Origin: Octopus sinensis
Lineage: Eukaryota
DNA length: 64,000 bases
NCBI RefSeq assembly: GCF_006345805.1
Contig: NC_043022.1
Location: forward strand, 23,250,001 to 23,314,000
Reading direction: 5' to 3'
The number at the start of each line of letters is the position of its first letter. Position 1 is the first letter of the stretch. Under the pieces are notes generated by a model that was given only the letters and a program-made list of their open reading frames with translations, made no database searches and was not told where the DNA came from. The position numbers and the translations under genes are program-made. Of the stretch, positions 62,062 through 64,000 are shown in pieces.

Positions 62062-62320
62062 AGGTGCTGTGTGGCTGTGTGGTAAGAACTTTACTTCCTA
62101 ACCAAATGGTTCCAAGTTCAATCCACTGTGTGGCACCATGGGTAAGTGTCTTCTGCTATAGCCTTGGGCCAACCAAAGACTTGTGAGTGAATTAGGTAAA
62201 CAGAAACTGAAATAAACCCCTCTTAAAAGAATAAGTCTCAGTGTCGATTTTTTTCAACTAAAGGCAAAGCTTCAGCATGGCCACACACAAATGACTGAAA
62301 CAAGGGGAATAAAAGAATAT
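62062..62320 (+). mobile_element. SINE-AB with central deletion
   Basis: Head joined directly to the distal 3' half. Confidence 0.75.
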
Positions 62321-62689
62321 ATATGGAAAACGGATGTTAAACAATGATGATGATGATATATACATATATATGTGTGTGTTTGTGTGTGTGTGAATATATA
62401 TATATATGTATGTATGTATGTATATATACAAGCATAATAGAAATTTGAATTAATGACATTCTTTATTTAAACTCGATATAATTGTTCTGACTTATTTTTA
62501 CACTCAAGTACATGATCCGAGGTGTAAAATAAGCCTCCTAATGATTATACAACAGCACCACCTCATGTAAGCACTTTTCAGCACCCCTCATGTATGCCCA
62601 AAACTCCTGGGGCTTGAGTCACCCTCTCGCTTCGGCTAAATTTTCATAAAAATACACATATTGCGTTTTTATTTTTCCTGTTTGCCTCA

Positions 62690-63760
62690 TCATATCTACA
62701 TATATGTATGTATGTGTGTGTTTGCATGCATGCATATATGTATATATATGCATGTGTGAGGGCATGCATGCATATATGTATGCATGTATGCATGCATATA
62801 TGTATGTATGTATGTATGTATGTATACATGTATGTATGTATGTGTGTGTGTATGTATGTATGTATGTATGTGTGTGTGTGTATGTATGTCTGTATGTATG
62901 TGTTTGTGTGTGTCTGCATGCGTGCATGTATGTATGTATATGTGTGTGTGCATGCATGCATGCATGCATATATATATGCATGTATGAATGCATATGTGTA
63001 TGTATGCATGTATGCATGCATATATATAACGGGAAGGTTTACGAAAATAAACAAAAGACGAAGGCAGGTTTACGAAAATAAACAAAAGACGAAGTGTGGC
63101 CATGCTGAAGCACTGCATATATATATATATATATATGTATGTGTGTATGTATGTCCATCTATGTATATATGTAATTTCATGTATATGTTTAAAGCTTTTA
63201 ACAACCACCCTGTAGTGTATCATTTTCATTTAAAGTTTATGAAACTCAAGGACCTCCCATAGCTTCAAGCAGTGGGTACATTGCGATGAATTTTGGTTTG
63301 CAATTATAAATGGACTCTTAATTACTCATTACCGACTACAGTGTCATTTTATTTTTAATGACAGATTAAGTGTTCTTGGTACTGCTACTACCACTACTAC
63401 TACAACTATTACTATTACTTATGTTCATAAATGAGTGTATATATATGTGTATGTAAGAATCCATACATAGCAACTTAAACATACTAAACATAAACACGCA
63501 TACATACATACATACATATATACATACATACATACACATACTCATGCATACCTACACACTTATAAATACACATACATGCACCTGTACGTACACACACACA
63601 TAAATACACATACATGCACCTGTACATACATATGTACATTTATACGTATACACATACATACACCCATACATATATCCATACATACATACATACACACATA
63701 CATATGTATGTACTACATACAAACATATACATACATGCATACATACATATACATATGTAC
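62690..63760. repeat. (TATG)n / (CATA)n microsatellite blocks in opposite orientations
   Basis: Direct inspection. Confidence 0.92.
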
Positions 63761-64000
63761 ATCTCTGTAATGGATTTGTATGTCACAGATTCTATCAATC
63801 CATTTGTCTATATTCTACATTACATATATTTTATATTATATAGCATATATTCTTTACTATATATATACTCTATGTAATCTAGTATGAACTCTGTATTACA
63901 TAAAATTTTATATATATAGTCCATTTTAGGGGAAGGTGTGGCGGTGTGTTAAGACACTTGCTTCCCAACCACATGGCTCCAGGTTCAGTCCCACTGCAAG

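Overview
AT-rich, repeat-saturated eukaryotic genomic DNA with one 100-N scaffold gap (42060-42159). The mix of tRNA-derived SINEs, RTE/CR1/R4 LINE remnants, Penelope-like ends, Helitron/hAT/piggyBac non-autonomous elements and very long (TA)n/(TG)n/(GATA)n tracts most resembles an octopus (coleoid cephalopod) genome; this is pattern recognition, not a database result. No host protein-coding gene could be confidently recognised, and most ORFs in the supplied track are microsatellite or SINE artefacts. Real coding remnants are all retroelement-derived: a near-continuous CR1 RT ORF2 (16.1-18.0 kb), a CR1-like ORF1 with degenerate CCCH fingers plus endonuclease start, several RTE C-termini and an R4/Dong-type RT. 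The main leads are: (1) a ~420-bp TIR element whose four copies are flanked by direct duplications of about 8, 11, 80 and 263 bp; (2) a ~300-bp tandem repeat carrying hammerhead-ribozyme-like motifs (retrozyme-like) and a separate type I hammerhead candidate; (3) RFX X-box motifs plus a candidate first coding exon; (4) independent RTE insertions into the internal (TA)n of a duplicated SINE; (5) several fold-back structures. Family labels SINE-AB, SINE-C, SINE-D, SINE-H, RTE-tail and MITE-F are my own working names. Repeat boundaries are approximate unless termini or TSDs are quoted.
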